Origin: Vibrio vulnificus CMCP6
GTDB lineage: Bacteria; Pseudomonadota; Gammaproteobacteria; Enterobacterales; Vibrionaceae
Assembly (NCBI RefSeq): GCF_000039765.1
Contig: NC_004459.3
Span: 2,031,127-2,063,126 of the forward strand
Length of the DNA: 32,000 nucleotides
Direction: 5' to 3'
The position numbers and the translations under genes are program-made. The first letter of the stretch is position 1, and the number at the start of each line of letters is the position of its first letter. Below, piece by piece: positions 17,036 to 27,317 of this stretch. The notes beneath the pieces were generated by a model that saw only the letters and a list, made by a program, of their open reading frames with translations, was not told the origin of the DNA and did no database searches.

Positions 17036-18610
17036 ATGATTGGAATCTATTTTCAAATCAATGACTGGGTTTTGTGCATTGATGAGAACAAGCTGTATCG
17101 ACAAGATAGGGAAGTCTCCGTCGAGCCACGTCTAATAAATTTACTGCATTTCCTTGCTGAACACGTTGGAGAGGTGTTTGGTCGCGAGGAACTGATCCAG
17201 CACGTTTGGGATGGGGCCATTGTCACCGACCAAGTGGTGACGCAATCCATTTTTGAGCTCCGCAAATTACTGCGTGATGGGCGAGAAGAAAATCTCAGCT
17301 ATGTGGTGACCGTACCAAAGCGCGGTTACAAGCTGGTGGCCAATGTTGAGCGTTTAACGGCCAATCCTTATTTGTTGCGTCAGGCAGAACCTGCCGAGGT
17401 TGAATTGTTGGAGCCAGCAATGACCGAGCCATTAATCGCGGTGCCAGAAGCCCCCAGCGCAAATGAAATGGTTTTTCCAGCAGGGCCGCTCACACGCGCC
17501 ATGTGCCACAGTCAGCAACAGAAAAAGCCGAATCGACCCAATATCTCTCGTTGGCGTGTGAACGCATTCAACGCGCTGTGGATTGGTTTGGTGATCATTG
17601 CGATGGGCTTTTTTACCATCAAACAATCACAAGTGCGCATTACGCAAGTCGTGGATACTCATCTGATTGAATTCATGTTTCAAGATGACTATCACGCCCA
17701 AGCGTTAAGCCACGATCTGGCCGATGGTATTGCACAGAAGCTGATGGCCGACATCACTCAAGTGACCGACTATCGCGTGATGTTGAGTAAAACCGCGTTT
17801 ACGTCTGGCATTTTGCCCGGTAAATCGATCATGGTTCGAGTGAGCGATAAAGAAGGTCACGCCTTTATTGAACTGGAGTTAAAAAACAACTCCTCGGGCG
17901 CGGTGTTGTTTAGCCGCCAATACCCTTTGGACACCTCGCATCTTGCGTCGGTTTTGCACCGAGCGGAAGTCGACATTATGCAGGCGTTACGTTTGCCAAA
18001 CGCAGAGCAACAAGCGCAAATCTTGTTGGTGGATTTTCCTCAGCAGCCAGCGGCGTTGGCCTTGTATGTGCGAGCGAATCACTACCTCAATCTCTCTGAT
18101 CAACAGCAGGTACAAAAGGGGATTGATTTGCTTGAACAGGTGCTTAACTTAGAGCCGAACAATCATTACGTTCAGGCGGAGCTCTTGATTGCTTACCATG
18201 TTCAGCAAGCCTTGTCTGACATGCCGACGTTAAACCAAGAACGCATTTTATTGCTGAGCAGCAAATTGCAAAGCGCCAGTGAAGCACTGGACGCAGTGGT
18301 TCAACCCAGAATTTACGAAGCGTTAGCGCTGCAAGCGACGGTGGATGAAGATCTGCCCTCGGCTGAGCGGTATTTAGCCAAAGCGCAGCAATTGCGTGAG
18401 TCGGTGCTCTCTTATGTACTGCAAGGAAAACACGCTGAATTGCGTGGTGATCTTGATGGTGCCAGTGATGGTTACAGCGAAGCTTTTTATATGGACACAT
18501 CACTAGAAACCTATTTGTTGTGTGAGAGGCTGGTATTTCAATCGAATCTAAAATCGATTGACTACGCCATGTATCGCTCAGTGCATCCTTCGGTGGTGCG
18601 TTTAATGTAG
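17036..18610 (+). CDS. cadC: CadC-like membrane-bound winged-helix activator
   Basis: N-terminal OmpR-type wHTH (EPRLINLLHFLAEHVGEVFGREELIQHVWDG...YVVTVPKRGYKL), central TM, C-terminal periplasmic TPR-like region; upstream of cadBA. Confidence 0.85.
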   Translation: MIGIYFQINDWVLCIDENKLYRQDREVSVEPRLINLLHFLAEHVGEVFGREELIQHVWDGAIVTDQVVTQSIFELRKLLRDGREENLSYVVTVPKRGYKLVANVERLTANPYLLRQAEPAEVELLEPAMTEPLIAVPEAPSANEMVFPAGPLTRAMCHSQQQKKPNRPNISRWRVNAFNALWIGLVIIAMGFFTIKQSQVRITQVVDTHLIEFMFQDDYHAQALSHDLADGIAQKLMADITQVTDYRVMLSKTAFTSGILPGKSIMVRVSDKEGHAFIELELKNNSSGAVLFSRQYPLDTSHLASVLHRAEVDIMQALRLPNAEQQAQILLVDFPQQPAALALYVRANHYLNLSDQQQVQKGIDLLEQVLNLEPNNHYVQAELLIAYHVQQALSDMPTLNQERILLLSSKLQSASEALDAVVQPRIYEALALQATVDEDLPSAERYLAKAQQLRESVLSYVLQGKHAELRGDLDGASDGYSEAFYMDTSLETYLLCERLVFQSNLKSIDYAMYRSVHPSVVRLM

Positions 18611-18640
18611 CGACCCAGTTTGGGTTTGCCTTTCACCTTT

Positions 18641-18668
18641 GCTCTCAGACATCGCTGCGTCTGAGAGC
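18641..18668 (+). terminator. Hairpin downstream of cadC
   Basis: GCTCTCAGAC-ATCGCTGC-GTCTGAGAGC, 10-bp stem, weak T tract after. Confidence 0.55.
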
Positions 18669-18739
18669 GGTTCATTTTCTTATCTTTCCCTTCTTTGCGT
18701 ATGAACCTCATTGTGAGTTGTACGTCTTGTTCCATCGTC

Positions 18740-18883
18740 TATACCCTTTCTACTTGAAGCTGCAGCGGTGTTGGCTACGCTCGTTCACTGGCACGCCAGC
18801 CCGGCCCAATCACATAGTCTGTCTATGTTCATGGGGATGACCTCACTTGCCGCCTACCTGCAACTCCAAGTAGTTTGGGTATA
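18740..18883. repeat. ERIC-like imperfect palindromic intergenic element
   Basis: Left arm TATACCCTTTCTACTTGAAGCTGCAG pairs with right arm CTGCAACTCCAAGTAGTTTGGGTATA. The interior resembles the ERIC core (TCACATAG...CTATGTTCATGGGGAT). Confidence 0.7.
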
Positions 18884-18902
18884 TTCTCTTATTCTTTTCC
18901 TA

Positions 18903-18934
18903 TTTTACTCTTTTACTCTTTTACTCTTTTACTC
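18903..18934. repeat. (TTTTACTC)4 tandem repeat
   Basis: Four perfect 8-bp copies. Confidence 0.9.
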
Positions 18935-18943
18935 TTTTCCTAG

Positions 18944-19007
18944 CTTCCTAGCTTCCTAGCTTCCTAGCTTCCTAGCTTCCTAGCTTCCTAGCTTCCTCGC
19001 TTCCTCG
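18944..19007. repeat. (CTTCCTAG)6 (CTTCCTCG)2 tandem repeat
   Basis: Eight consecutive 8-bp copies, the last two with an A>C variant. Confidence 0.9.
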
Positions 19008-19415
19008 CATTTCGGCTTGGATAAATTCGATATCAACGCATTATCAACTTCCCCCTTAATGGCAAGTTGATTGACTTGATGGCTAACGAAAGAGCAGGTT
19101 GATAATTTTATTGCTATGAGTTTATGTTTTTAGGTTTTTTCTTAACTATCTGAAAACGTTGATTTATGTATTGGGTGTTTATCACCTTGATATCAAGAAA
19201 CTCATTTTTGTCTCATCATTTTATTGATAATCGTAAGTTTATTTTTTTTATCTGCTTTGGGCGTAATCTCCACTTCGAACATTAACGGGGTCACGGAGAA
19301 AGTTTTCTCTCTATCGCGTTAATAACATCAAAAGAGCAGCGACAAGGTTGCTTCGCGTTGCGGTTATTTATTCGTTTGAGTTTTGTAACTTAAGTTGAAT
19401 CGAGTTGGAGATGTT

Positions 19416-20753
19416 ATGTCATCTAATACTAAGAAAATCGGCCTAATTGCCTGTACAGGTGTCGTGGCTGGTAACATGATGGGCAGTGGTATTGCCTTAC
19501 TTCCTTCTACACTGGCGAGTGTAGGTTCTATCTCTATTTTTAGTTGGGCGATTTGTATTGTTGGTGCATTGAGCCTGGCATTCGTGTTTGCTCGTTTGGC
19601 AACCAAAAACCCTCAAGAGGGTGGCCCTATTGCGTATGCAGGTGAGGTGTCACCAGTGTTTGGTTTCCAAACGGGCGTGCTTTACTACCACGCGAACTGG
19701 ATTGGCAACTTAGCCATTGCCATTACCGGTGTTTCTTACTTATCGGTTTTCTTCCCAGTACTGAATGACCCAATTCCAGCAGGCCTTGCGACCATCGCTT
19801 CTGTTTGGGTGTTCACGCTGGTTAACTTGCTCGGTGGTAGCTGGGTAAGCCGACTCTGTACCGTTGGTTTGGTACTGATTTTGGTTCCAGTATTAGGTAC
19901 AGCGCTCTTTGGTTGGACGCACTTCGACAGCGCTATTTACAGCCAAAACTGGAACGTTTCTGCAGGTAGCGATGGCCATGCGATCATCACTGCGGTACTT
20001 ATCTGTCTATGGTCTTTCGTGGGTGTGGAATCTGCGGCGGTATCATCAGGTATGGTTGAGAACCCAAAACGCACAGTACCACTTGCGACTATGCTAGGTA
20101 CTGCGATTGCCGGTGTGATTTACGTGCTGTCTACTCAAATGATCAGCGGTATGTTCCCAGCTTCTGAAGTGGCTGCATCAGGTGCACCATTTGCGTTGGC
20201 GACCACTGAACTGTTCGGTAGTTGGACTGCGCCATTTGTCTCTGCGTTTACTGCGTTGGCGTGTTTCACCTCTCTTGGCTCTTGGATGATGTTGGTGAGC
20301 GAAGCGGGTAAACGTGCCGCAAACGACGGTAACTTCCCTAAAGTGTTTGGTGAAACCGACAAAAACGGCGTGCCTAAGAAAGGTTTGGTTATCGCGTCTA
20401 GCATGATGACGATGTTGATGTTGGTACTGATGTTCTTTAGCTCAGAAACCGCGCACGCTTCAGACATGTTTAACCAATTAACCACTGACGCAGTACTACT
20501 CACCATGCTGCCTTACTTCTACTCAAGCATTAACTTGATTCGCTTCGAAGGTATGACAACTCGCAATACATTCGTGATGTTGTTCTCGGGCATTGCTAGC
20601 TTGTTCTGTATGGTTGCCCTAGCAGGTGCAGAAGGTTCAACCCTCACCGCAACCTTCATCATGTCTCTCATCATCTTGATGTTCTACAGCAAGAAAACAG
20701 GCTTGGCACAATACATGGCTGCCCATCCTGAAGAAGCTTCGGCTCAACACTGA
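19416..20753 (+). CDS. cadB: Lysine/cadaverine antiporter
   Basis: Basic amino acid antiporter sequence (MSSNTKKIGLIACTGVVAGNMMGSGIALLPSTLASVG...) directly upstream of cadA. ATG at 19416 with a nearby TTGGAG. Confidence 0.93.
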   Translation: MSSNTKKIGLIACTGVVAGNMMGSGIALLPSTLASVGSISIFSWAICIVGALSLAFVFARLATKNPQEGGPIAYAGEVSPVFGFQTGVLYYHANWIGNLAIAITGVSYLSVFFPVLNDPIPAGLATIASVWVFTLVNLLGGSWVSRLCTVGLVLILVPVLGTALFGWTHFDSAIYSQNWNVSAGSDGHAIITAVLICLWSFVGVESAAVSSGMVENPKRTVPLATMLGTAIAGVIYVLSTQMISGMFPASEVAASGAPFALATTELFGSWTAPFVSAFTALACFTSLGSWMMLVSEAGKRAANDGNFPKVFGETDKNGVPKKGLVIASSMMTMLMLVLMFFSSETAHASDMFNQLTTDAVLLTMLPYFYSSINLIRFEGMTTRNTFVMLFSGIASLFCMVALAGAEGSTLTATFIMSLIILMFYSKKTGLAQYMAAHPEEASAQH

Positions 20754-20866
20754 TTGATTCCGCTGGCGGACTGCCACGCCAGCGCTTCCTAATTTCATCA
20801 CGGCGCTCGTCTTACTCACTGTGACTAATCACAGAGAGCGCCCTTTTTCGTCTTGGAGATGTCCAA

Positions 20867-23002
20867 ATGAATATTTTCGCTATCTTGAACCACATGGGTG
20901 TGTTCTTTAAAGAAGAGCCAGTTCGCCAATTGCATGCAGCACTTGAAAAAGCCGGTTATGAAGTTGTTTATCCAGTGGATGACAAAGATTTGATCAAGAT
21001 GATCGAAATGAACCCGCGCATTTGTGGTGTGCTGTTTGACTGGGATAAATACTCGCTTGAGCTTTGTGAGCGTATTAGCCAAATCAACGAAAAACTGCCA
21101 GTACACGCGTTTGCTAACGAGCAATCAACGCTGGATATTTCGCTTACCGATCTACGCCTAAACGTGCATTTCTTTGAATACGCATTGGGCATGGCGGACG
21201 ACATCGCCATCAAGATCAACCAAGCGACACAAGAATACAAAGACGCAATTACACCACCATTCACCAAAGCGCTGTTTAAATATGTGGAAGAAGGCAAATA
21301 CACCTTCTGTACTCCAGGTCACATGGGTGGTACGGCTTTTCAAAAAAGCCCAGTCGGCAGCATTTTCTACGATTTCTACGGTCCAAATACTTTCAAAGCG
21401 GACGTGTCGATTTCTATGCCAGAGCTAGGCTCACTGCTTGACCATTCAGGTCCACACAAAGAAGCGGAAGAGTACATTGCGCGTACGTTCAACGCTGACG
21501 CATCGTACATCGTGACGAACGGTACTTCGACGTCAAACAAAATTGTCGGCATGTTCTCTGCGCCAGCGGGCAGCACGGTATTGGTTGACCGTAACTGTCA
21601 TAAATCATTGACTCACCTAATGATGATGACGGACGTAACACCTATTTACTTCCGCCCAACCCGTAACGCTTACGGCATTCTTGGTGGTATTCCACAAAGT
21701 GAATTCAGCCGTGAAGTGATCGCAGAAAAAGTGGCTAAAACACCAGGTGCGAGCGCGCCAAGCTACGCGGTGATTACCAACTCAACTTACGATGGTTTGT
21801 TGTACAACACACAATTCATCAAAGAGTCTCTCGACTGTAAACACATCCACTTTGATAGTGCGTGGGTGCCTTACACTAACTTCAACCGTATTTACGAAGG
21901 CAAATGCGGCATGAGTGGCGAAGCGATGCCAGGCAAAGTGTTCTACGAAACACAATCCACTCACAAACTGTTGGCGGCGTTCTCGCAAGCGTCAATGATT
22001 CACGTAAAAGGTGAATTTGACCGTGAGTCGTTCAACGAAGCCTTTATGATGCACACTTCCACCTCGCCTCAATACGGCATTGTGGCATCAACAGAAACCG
22101 CGGCGGCAATGATGCGTGGTAACACGGGCCGTAAGTTGATGCAAGATTCAATCGACCGTGCGATTCGTTTCCGTAAAGAGATCAAACGCTTAAAAGGTGA
22201 AAGTGACGGTTGGTTCTTCGATGTTTGGCAACCAGAGAACATTGAGACAACCGAATGCTGGAAACTTGACCCTAACCAAGACTGGCATGGCTTCAAGAAC
22301 ATGGACGATGACCACATGTATCTTGACCCAATCAAAATCACTTTGCTGACTCCTGGAATGAGCAAAGATGGTGAGTTGGAAACCAGTGGTATTCCTGCTT
22401 CATTGGTGGCGAAATATCTTGATGAACGTGGCATTGTGGTAGAAAAAACAGGCCCTTACAACTTGTTGTTCTTGTTCTCAATTGGTATCGACAAATCAAA
22501 AGCGATGCAATTGCTACGTGGTTTGACTGAGTTCAAACGTGGTTACGATCTGAACCTAACGATTCGCACCATGCTGCCTGCGCTGTACCGTGAAGATCCT
22601 GCGTTCTACGAAGGCATGCGTATTCAAGAGCTGGCACAAGGCATTCACGATCTGACTCGTAAGTATCGTCTACCAGAATTGATGTACAAAGCGTTCGATG
22701 TGCTACCAGAGATGAAAGTCACGCCACACGCAGCTTGGCAACAAGAGCTTCGTGGTCAAACCGAAGAGATCTTGCTGAATGATATGGTGGGCCGCGTGAG
22801 TGCCAACATGATCCTTCCTTACCCTCCAGGTGTGCCTCTAGTGCTACCAGGTGAAGTGGTGACAGAAAGCTCTCGTCCAGTACTGGATTTCTTGGAAATG
22901 TTGTGTGAAATCGGCGCACATTACCCAGGCTTCGAGACCGACATCCACGGCCTATACCGCCAAAAAGATGGCCGTTACACCGTAAAAGTACTGAAAGACT
23001 GA
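20867..23002 (+). CDS. cadA: Inducible lysine decarboxylase
   Basis: 711 aa; PLP-lysine region STHKLLAAFSQASMIHVKG; wing domain and C-terminus typical of CadA. Confidence 0.95.
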   Translation: MNIFAILNHMGVFFKEEPVRQLHAALEKAGYEVVYPVDDKDLIKMIEMNPRICGVLFDWDKYSLELCERISQINEKLPVHAFANEQSTLDISLTDLRLNVHFFEYALGMADDIAIKINQATQEYKDAITPPFTKALFKYVEEGKYTFCTPGHMGGTAFQKSPVGSIFYDFYGPNTFKADVSISMPELGSLLDHSGPHKEAEEYIARTFNADASYIVTNGTSTSNKIVGMFSAPAGSTVLVDRNCHKSLTHLMMMTDVTPIYFRPTRNAYGILGGIPQSEFSREVIAEKVAKTPGASAPSYAVITNSTYDGLLYNTQFIKESLDCKHIHFDSAWVPYTNFNRIYEGKCGMSGEAMPGKVFYETQSTHKLLAAFSQASMIHVKGEFDRESFNEAFMMHTSTSPQYGIVASTETAAAMMRGNTGRKLMQDSIDRAIRFRKEIKRLKGESDGWFFDVWQPENIETTECWKLDPNQDWHGFKNMDDDHMYLDPIKITLLTPGMSKDGELETSGIPASLVAKYLDERGIVVEKTGPYNLLFLFSIGIDKSKAMQLLRGLTEFKRGYDLNLTIRTMLPALYREDPAFYEGMRIQELAQGIHDLTRKYRLPELMYKAFDVLPEMKVTPHAAWQQELRGQTEEILLNDMVGRVSANMILPYPPGVPLVLPGEVVTESSRPVLDFLEMLCEIGAHYPGFETDIHGLYRQKDGRYTVKVLKD

Positions 23003-23063
23003 TTTGCCTGAAATTAGGTCAATGATTTAACGCAACGTGACTACCCCAATAGACGCGTGACCC

Positions 23064-23098
23064 AAAGAGAGCCAAACAAATGGCTCTCTTTTTTTTTG
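23064..23098 (+). terminator. Rho-independent terminator after cadA
   Basis: AAAGAGAGCCA-AACAAA-TGGCTCTCTTT then poly-T. Confidence 0.9.
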
Positions 23099-23116
23099 CA
23101 CGGCAGATCCCAACGA

Positions 23117-24085
23117 TTAATGAGAGAGGAAGTGAACGGTGCCTCGTTGGGTGTTTTTGGCGTTAAACAGCGCTTTATCCGCTTTGGAAATAAACTGCTC
23201 GAGGTCTTGGCTATCGCCCGTTAGGCTGGGATAAAACTGAATGCCGATGGTGAGGGTTAGGGTGTCGGCCACATGAGAATGTTGATTAGGAATGGCCAGT
23301 TTCTGAATCGACTGTTGCAGTGAATGCGCCCTAGACTGGCATTCCTCTTGCGAAATATCTTGGATGAAAACCAAGAACTCATCGCCGCCATAACGAAAGC
23401 AAATGCCATTGTGACCACTCCAGTTTTTTAGCGCCAGCGAGACCATGCGTAATGCTTTGTCGCCAGTAAGATGACCATAGGTGTCGTTGAGATCTTTAAA
23501 ACAATCAATATCAACCATAAAGAGCGCGGCACTTTTGCCAGATTGTGCGGTATTGGCAATGGCGCTAGGAAGGTGCACTTCAAGTGCATAGCGATTGTAG
23601 AGTTGAGTTAAATGATCAAGGCAGGAGAGTTTCTCCAACTCCAGTTGTTGCCGTTCCAGTTTCTGCAGCGCCGTTTTGTATTCAGTGATGTTGCGCACGG
23701 TCCACAGCACCTTGTTTTCTCCAAATACCGGAATGACAAAGGCACTAAAATATTGCAACTCAGTCGGCCCCGCGACACCTTCAAAACAGTTGAGATCTTT
23801 CGGATGCAGCGCGTACTCCAACTCTTGTGGAGCTTGGGATTCGATCACTTGCGCGATCACGTCAGAAAACCATCGAGCTTTATCGTGAGGGAGCACTTCG
23901 AACTGATTTAAGCCAATCACATTGGCTGGGTCGTGGTGACGAGAAGTGTCGGTACCACCCCAAGCCTCAATGTAATAGCCATCGCCATTGATTAAGAAGG
24001 TTGGTTCAGGAAGCGCATCAAAAATGTGGTGAATGACCGCCGGGTTGTTGGCGATAACACGCGAAAAAATGGACTGTTCTACCAT
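23117..24085 (-). CDS. PAS-like/GGDEF diguanylate cyclase
   Basis: DHLTQLYNRYALEVH...VDIDCFKDLNDTYGHLTGDKAL...CFRYGGDEF. The second ATG (24085) has an upstream GGAG. Confidence 0.9.
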   Translation of the reverse strand: MVEQSIFSRVIANNPAVIHHIFDALPEPTFLINGDGYYIEAWGGTDTSRHHDPANVIGLNQFEVLPHDKARWFSDVIAQVIESQAPQELEYALHPKDLNCFEGVAGPTELQYFSAFVIPVFGENKVLWTVRNITEYKTALQKLERQQLELEKLSCLDHLTQLYNRYALEVHLPSAIANTAQSGKSAALFMVDIDCFKDLNDTYGHLTGDKALRMVSLALKNWSGHNGICFRYGGDEFLVFIQDISQEECQSRAHSLQQSIQKLAIPNQHSHVADTLTLTIGIQFYPSLTGDSQDLEQFISKADKALFNAKNTQRGTVHFLSH

Positions 24086-24298
24086 GCAGCGTACTCCTAC
24101 CATTTCATTAACTTATAGCTCAATAGTGTGAGCGCCGCGTGACGGGGAACAAAATATTTGTCTTATTTGTAGTACAAGCTCGATCTAATCATTGATAGGT
24201 GAGGCCAATAAAGAAAATTGCCGATTCCTATTTAGTAAAAACAAGAAATTAGACGACACTTAAAGAAAGGGCAAAATGACACCGCAAAGGAGCACGCG

Positions 24299-24715
24299 AT
24301 GAACTCACTCAAAGTAAAAGATTACATGACCCTACAAGCCGTCACCTTCACAGTTGACATGTCTTTAAGTGCCGCATTGAACAAAGTCATGAAAAGCGTG
24401 GTCATGGGTGGTCCGGTGATCAATGAAAAAGAAGAAGTGATAGGTTTCCTTTCAGAGCAAGACTTGCTGGATAAACTGGTGAAAGCCAGTTATCACTGCC
24501 AAGATTCGTACACCGTTGGTGAGTGCATGCACAGTGATGTGTTATCGGTTTCGTCTGATATGTCGATCATCGAACTGGCCGACATGATGAAAGTCGGCAA
24601 ACCGAAAATGTATCCGGTGGTCGACAACAAAAAATTGGTTGGGGTGATCACCCGTCGCGATGTGTTAAAAGCGATTGGCCAAAGCCTCGATGATTGCTTC
24701 AAACATCCGGTTTAA
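24299..24715 (+). CDS. CBS-domain protein
   Basis: Two CBS motifs (VKDYMTLQAVTF..., CMHSDVLSVSSDMSIIELADMM...LVGVITRRDVLKAI). Confidence 0.88.
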   Translation: MNSLKVKDYMTLQAVTFTVDMSLSAALNKVMKSVVMGGPVINEKEEVIGFLSEQDLLDKLVKASYHCQDSYTVGECMHSDVLSVSSDMSIIELADMMKVGKPKMYPVVDNKKLVGVITRRDVLKAIGQSLDDCFKHPV

Positions 24716-24800
24716 CCTTCATCTTAACCTTCCTTCTTACGATGAGCCCTCTAACGAGGGCTTACTTTTATAGCCGATTCCTTGCGGAGTGAAATAACGC

Positions 24801-24832
24801 TTGACCTTGGAGCTGACTCTAAGGTTTATGCT
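24801..24832 (+). promoter_or_regulatory. MerR-family (ZntR/CadR-like) promoter/operator
   Basis: -35 TTGACC, 20-bp spacer holding dyad ACCTTGGAG-CTGA-CTCTAAGGT, -10 TATGCT. Confidence 0.8.
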
Positions 24833-24862
24833 TACGCTGTACTCACCAATAAGGAAAATGTT

Positions 24863-27175
24863 ATGTGCTCAAAACATACTGCTTGTCAGTCAAATAAAAT
24901 CATTGCCAAACCGGCTGCGGTATCGAGCTGCAGCCCGAGCTTAGCCGCTAGCAAAATGACCGCAATTTCATCGGTAGCAGACAGTTGTTGCAGCTCAGAT
25001 GCGTGCTCAAGCTCAGATCCGAATGAAGAGAGTGAGCGGCGAGAGGCCCCCTTAGCTCAAAGCGCGTCGGAGCGACAAAGTTGGCTCATCTCCGGTATGG
25101 ATTGCCCGTCTTGCGCTCAGAAATTGGAAAAAGCCGTCTTGGGTGTGGCCGGAGTTCAGCAGGCGAAAGTGTTGTTTGCCACCGAGAAGTTGGTGGTGGA
25201 TTTCGCTTCTACGTCATTAATGGCAGAGATTGAACAAGTCGCGGCAAAAACAGGTTTTCCAATTACGCTCGTTGGTTCATCGGCAGCGAAGGCAACTACG
25301 GCGCCTCAACCTCAAGGTTGGCTCGGTTTTGTTTACGCCAACTGGCACATTTTAGCCATTGCCTTTTCCATGGCTATCGCCGCTCTATTGGCGACGGTTT
25401 CCGAACCGTTAAGTAATGGTTTATTTGTTCTAACCTGTTTGGCGGGTTTATACCCTGTGGCGAAGAAAGCCGTGCGCCTTGCTCGCAGCGGAACCCCTTT
25501 CGCCATTGAGACGCTGATGAGCGTGGCGGCCATTGGTGCACTTTATCTTGGTGAAAGCGTGGAAGCGGCCATGGTTTTACTGCTGTTTTTAATTGGTGAG
25601 AAATTGGAAGCGTACGCCGCCTCAAGAGCAAGAAGTGGCGTTCAAGCGTTAATGGCCTTAGTGCCGGAAAACAGCATTAAAATTGTCGATGGTCAACGAG
25701 TAGAAGTGGCGGCAAGTGAGTTGATGCCAGGTGATGTGGTTGAAATTGCGCCCGGTTCTCGTTTGCCTGCGGATGGCTTGCTCCTTACGCTAACGGCCAG
25801 TTTTGATGAAAGTGCGTTGACGGGAGAATCGGTGCCCGCAGAGCATACCTCTGGTGCGAAGCTGATGGCGGGTGTGGTGGCTGTCGATAAAGTCGTGCGC
25901 ATCGAAGTCACCTCAAAACAAGGTGAAAATGCGATAGATCGTATTTTGCATCTCATCGAAGAGGCGGAATCGCGCAAAGCACCACTGGAGCGTTTCTTAG
26001 ACAAATTCAGCCGTTGGTACACACCATTAATGATGTTGGTGTCGTTGGCCGTGATCGTCGTACCGCCAATGTTCTTCGCCCAGCCTTGGGAAACGTGGGT
26101 GTATCGCGGTTTGGCTTTGCTACTGATTGCTTGTCCTTGTGCTTTGGTGATCTCAACGCCGGCAGCAATTACTTCTGGCCTTGCTGCGGCAGCCAAACGT
26201 GGCGCCTTGATCAAAGGTGGCGCGGCGTTAGAACAGCTTGGTAAAGTCGAAGCGGTTGCCTTTGATAAAACCGGCACACTTACACAAGGCAAACCGCAAG
26301 TGACAGATGTGGTGTCATTCCTCTATGACGATGAAACCTTGTTGAGTTTGAGCGCAGCGGTGGAAGTGGGTTCGAGTCACCCTTTAGCGGTTGCGTTGAT
26401 TAATCACACCGAGAGTTTGGGTTACACCATTGCGGAAGCAACGGACAAAATGGCTCAAGTTGGGGCGGGCGTTTCCGGTTTCGTTGATGGTAAAAGCGTG
26501 GAGCTGGTGGCCCCTTCACGAGCCCAATTTCCACTCTCCTTGCAACTAGAAAGAGAAATTGTCCGCTTAGAAGGGCAAGGGAAAACCGTGGTGATTGTGC
26601 GTCATGATAGTGAGGCCATCGGGCTCATCGCATGGCAAGATACATTGCGCAAAGACGCAGCTCAAGCGGTGGTCGCGCTGGGTAAACTGGGCGTTTCTGC
26701 GGTGATGTTGACAGGTGATAACCCTCGCAGTGCTCAAGCCATTGCTCAGCAGATTGGCATTGATTACCAAGCGAGCTTATTGCCAGCAGACAAAGTCCAC
26801 TATGTGGAGCAGTTTGCCGCAAGCAAGACCGTTGCCATGGTTGGAGATGGCATCAACGATGCGCCTGCCATGAAAGCGGCGAGTATTGGTATCGCCATGG
26901 GCGGAGGAACCGACGTCGCCCTTGAAACGGCGGATGCTGCGCTTACGCATAATCGCTTGGTTGAGTTGCCAAGCATGATAGAGCTCTCACGCGCCACAAT
27001 GAGCATCATCCGTCAAAATGTCGCGTTGTCATTGGGTCTAAAAGGGGTGTTTCTTGTCACCAGCTTGCTTGGCATCACCGGGTTATGGGTGGCGGTATTA
27101 GCGGACAGTGGCGCAACGGCATTGGTCACACTAAACGCACTGCGATTGTTACGATTCCGTTCCTCAAATGAATAA
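24863..27175 (+). CDS. zntA: Zn/Cd/Pb-type P1B ATPase with Cys/Ser-rich N-terminal extension
   Basis: GMDCPSCAQKLEKAV, CPCALVISTP, DKTGTLTQGKP, MVGDGINDAPAMK. RBS AAGGAAAA before ATG 24863. The supplied 24782 start runs through the promoter. Confidence 0.88.
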   Translation: MCSKHTACQSNKIIAKPAAVSSCSPSLAASKMTAISSVADSCCSSDACSSSDPNEESERREAPLAQSASERQSWLISGMDCPSCAQKLEKAVLGVAGVQQAKVLFATEKLVVDFASTSLMAEIEQVAAKTGFPITLVGSSAAKATTAPQPQGWLGFVYANWHILAIAFSMAIAALLATVSEPLSNGLFVLTCLAGLYPVAKKAVRLARSGTPFAIETLMSVAAIGALYLGESVEAAMVLLLFLIGEKLEAYAASRARSGVQALMALVPENSIKIVDGQRVEVAASELMPGDVVEIAPGSRLPADGLLLTLTASFDESALTGESVPAEHTSGAKLMAGVVAVDKVVRIEVTSKQGENAIDRILHLIEEAESRKAPLERFLDKFSRWYTPLMMLVSLAVIVVPPMFFAQPWETWVYRGLALLLIACPCALVISTPAAITSGLAAAAKRGALIKGGAALEQLGKVEAVAFDKTGTLTQGKPQVTDVVSFLYDDETLLSLSAAVEVGSSHPLAVALINHTESLGYTIAEATDKMAQVGAGVSGFVDGKSVELVAPSRAQFPLSLQLEREIVRLEGQGKTVVIVRHDSEAIGLIAWQDTLRKDAAQAVVALGKLGVSAVMLTGDNPRSAQAIAQQIGIDYQASLLPADKVHYVEQFAASKTVAMVGDGINDAPAMKAASIGIAMGGGTDVALETADAALTHNRLVELPSMIELSRATMSIIRQNVALSLGLKGVFLVTSLLGITGLWVAVLADSGATALVTLNALRLLRFRSSNE

Positions 27176-27195
27176 TAGACAGTGTGAATCTATAG

Positions 27196-27222
27196 AGCCC
27201 GCATTTATGATGCGGGCTTTTT
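27196..27222 (+). terminator. Rho-independent terminator
   Basis: AGCCCGCAT-TTATG-ATGCGGGCT then TTTT. Confidence 0.88.
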
Positions 27223-27317
27223 GTTGGCATTTCTTATGCAATTTGGCTGAAAATTGCAGACAAAGTGTGATGCAAACCGGTTTTTCTAAGTAATAAGTTT
27301 TTGTTACATTCTTTCAT

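Noticed and set aside
18768-18959. 63-aa + ORF ending LFLFYSFTLLLFYSFPSFLAS
   Set aside because: It is translated ERIC-like element and 8-bp tandem repeats, with no independent coding support.
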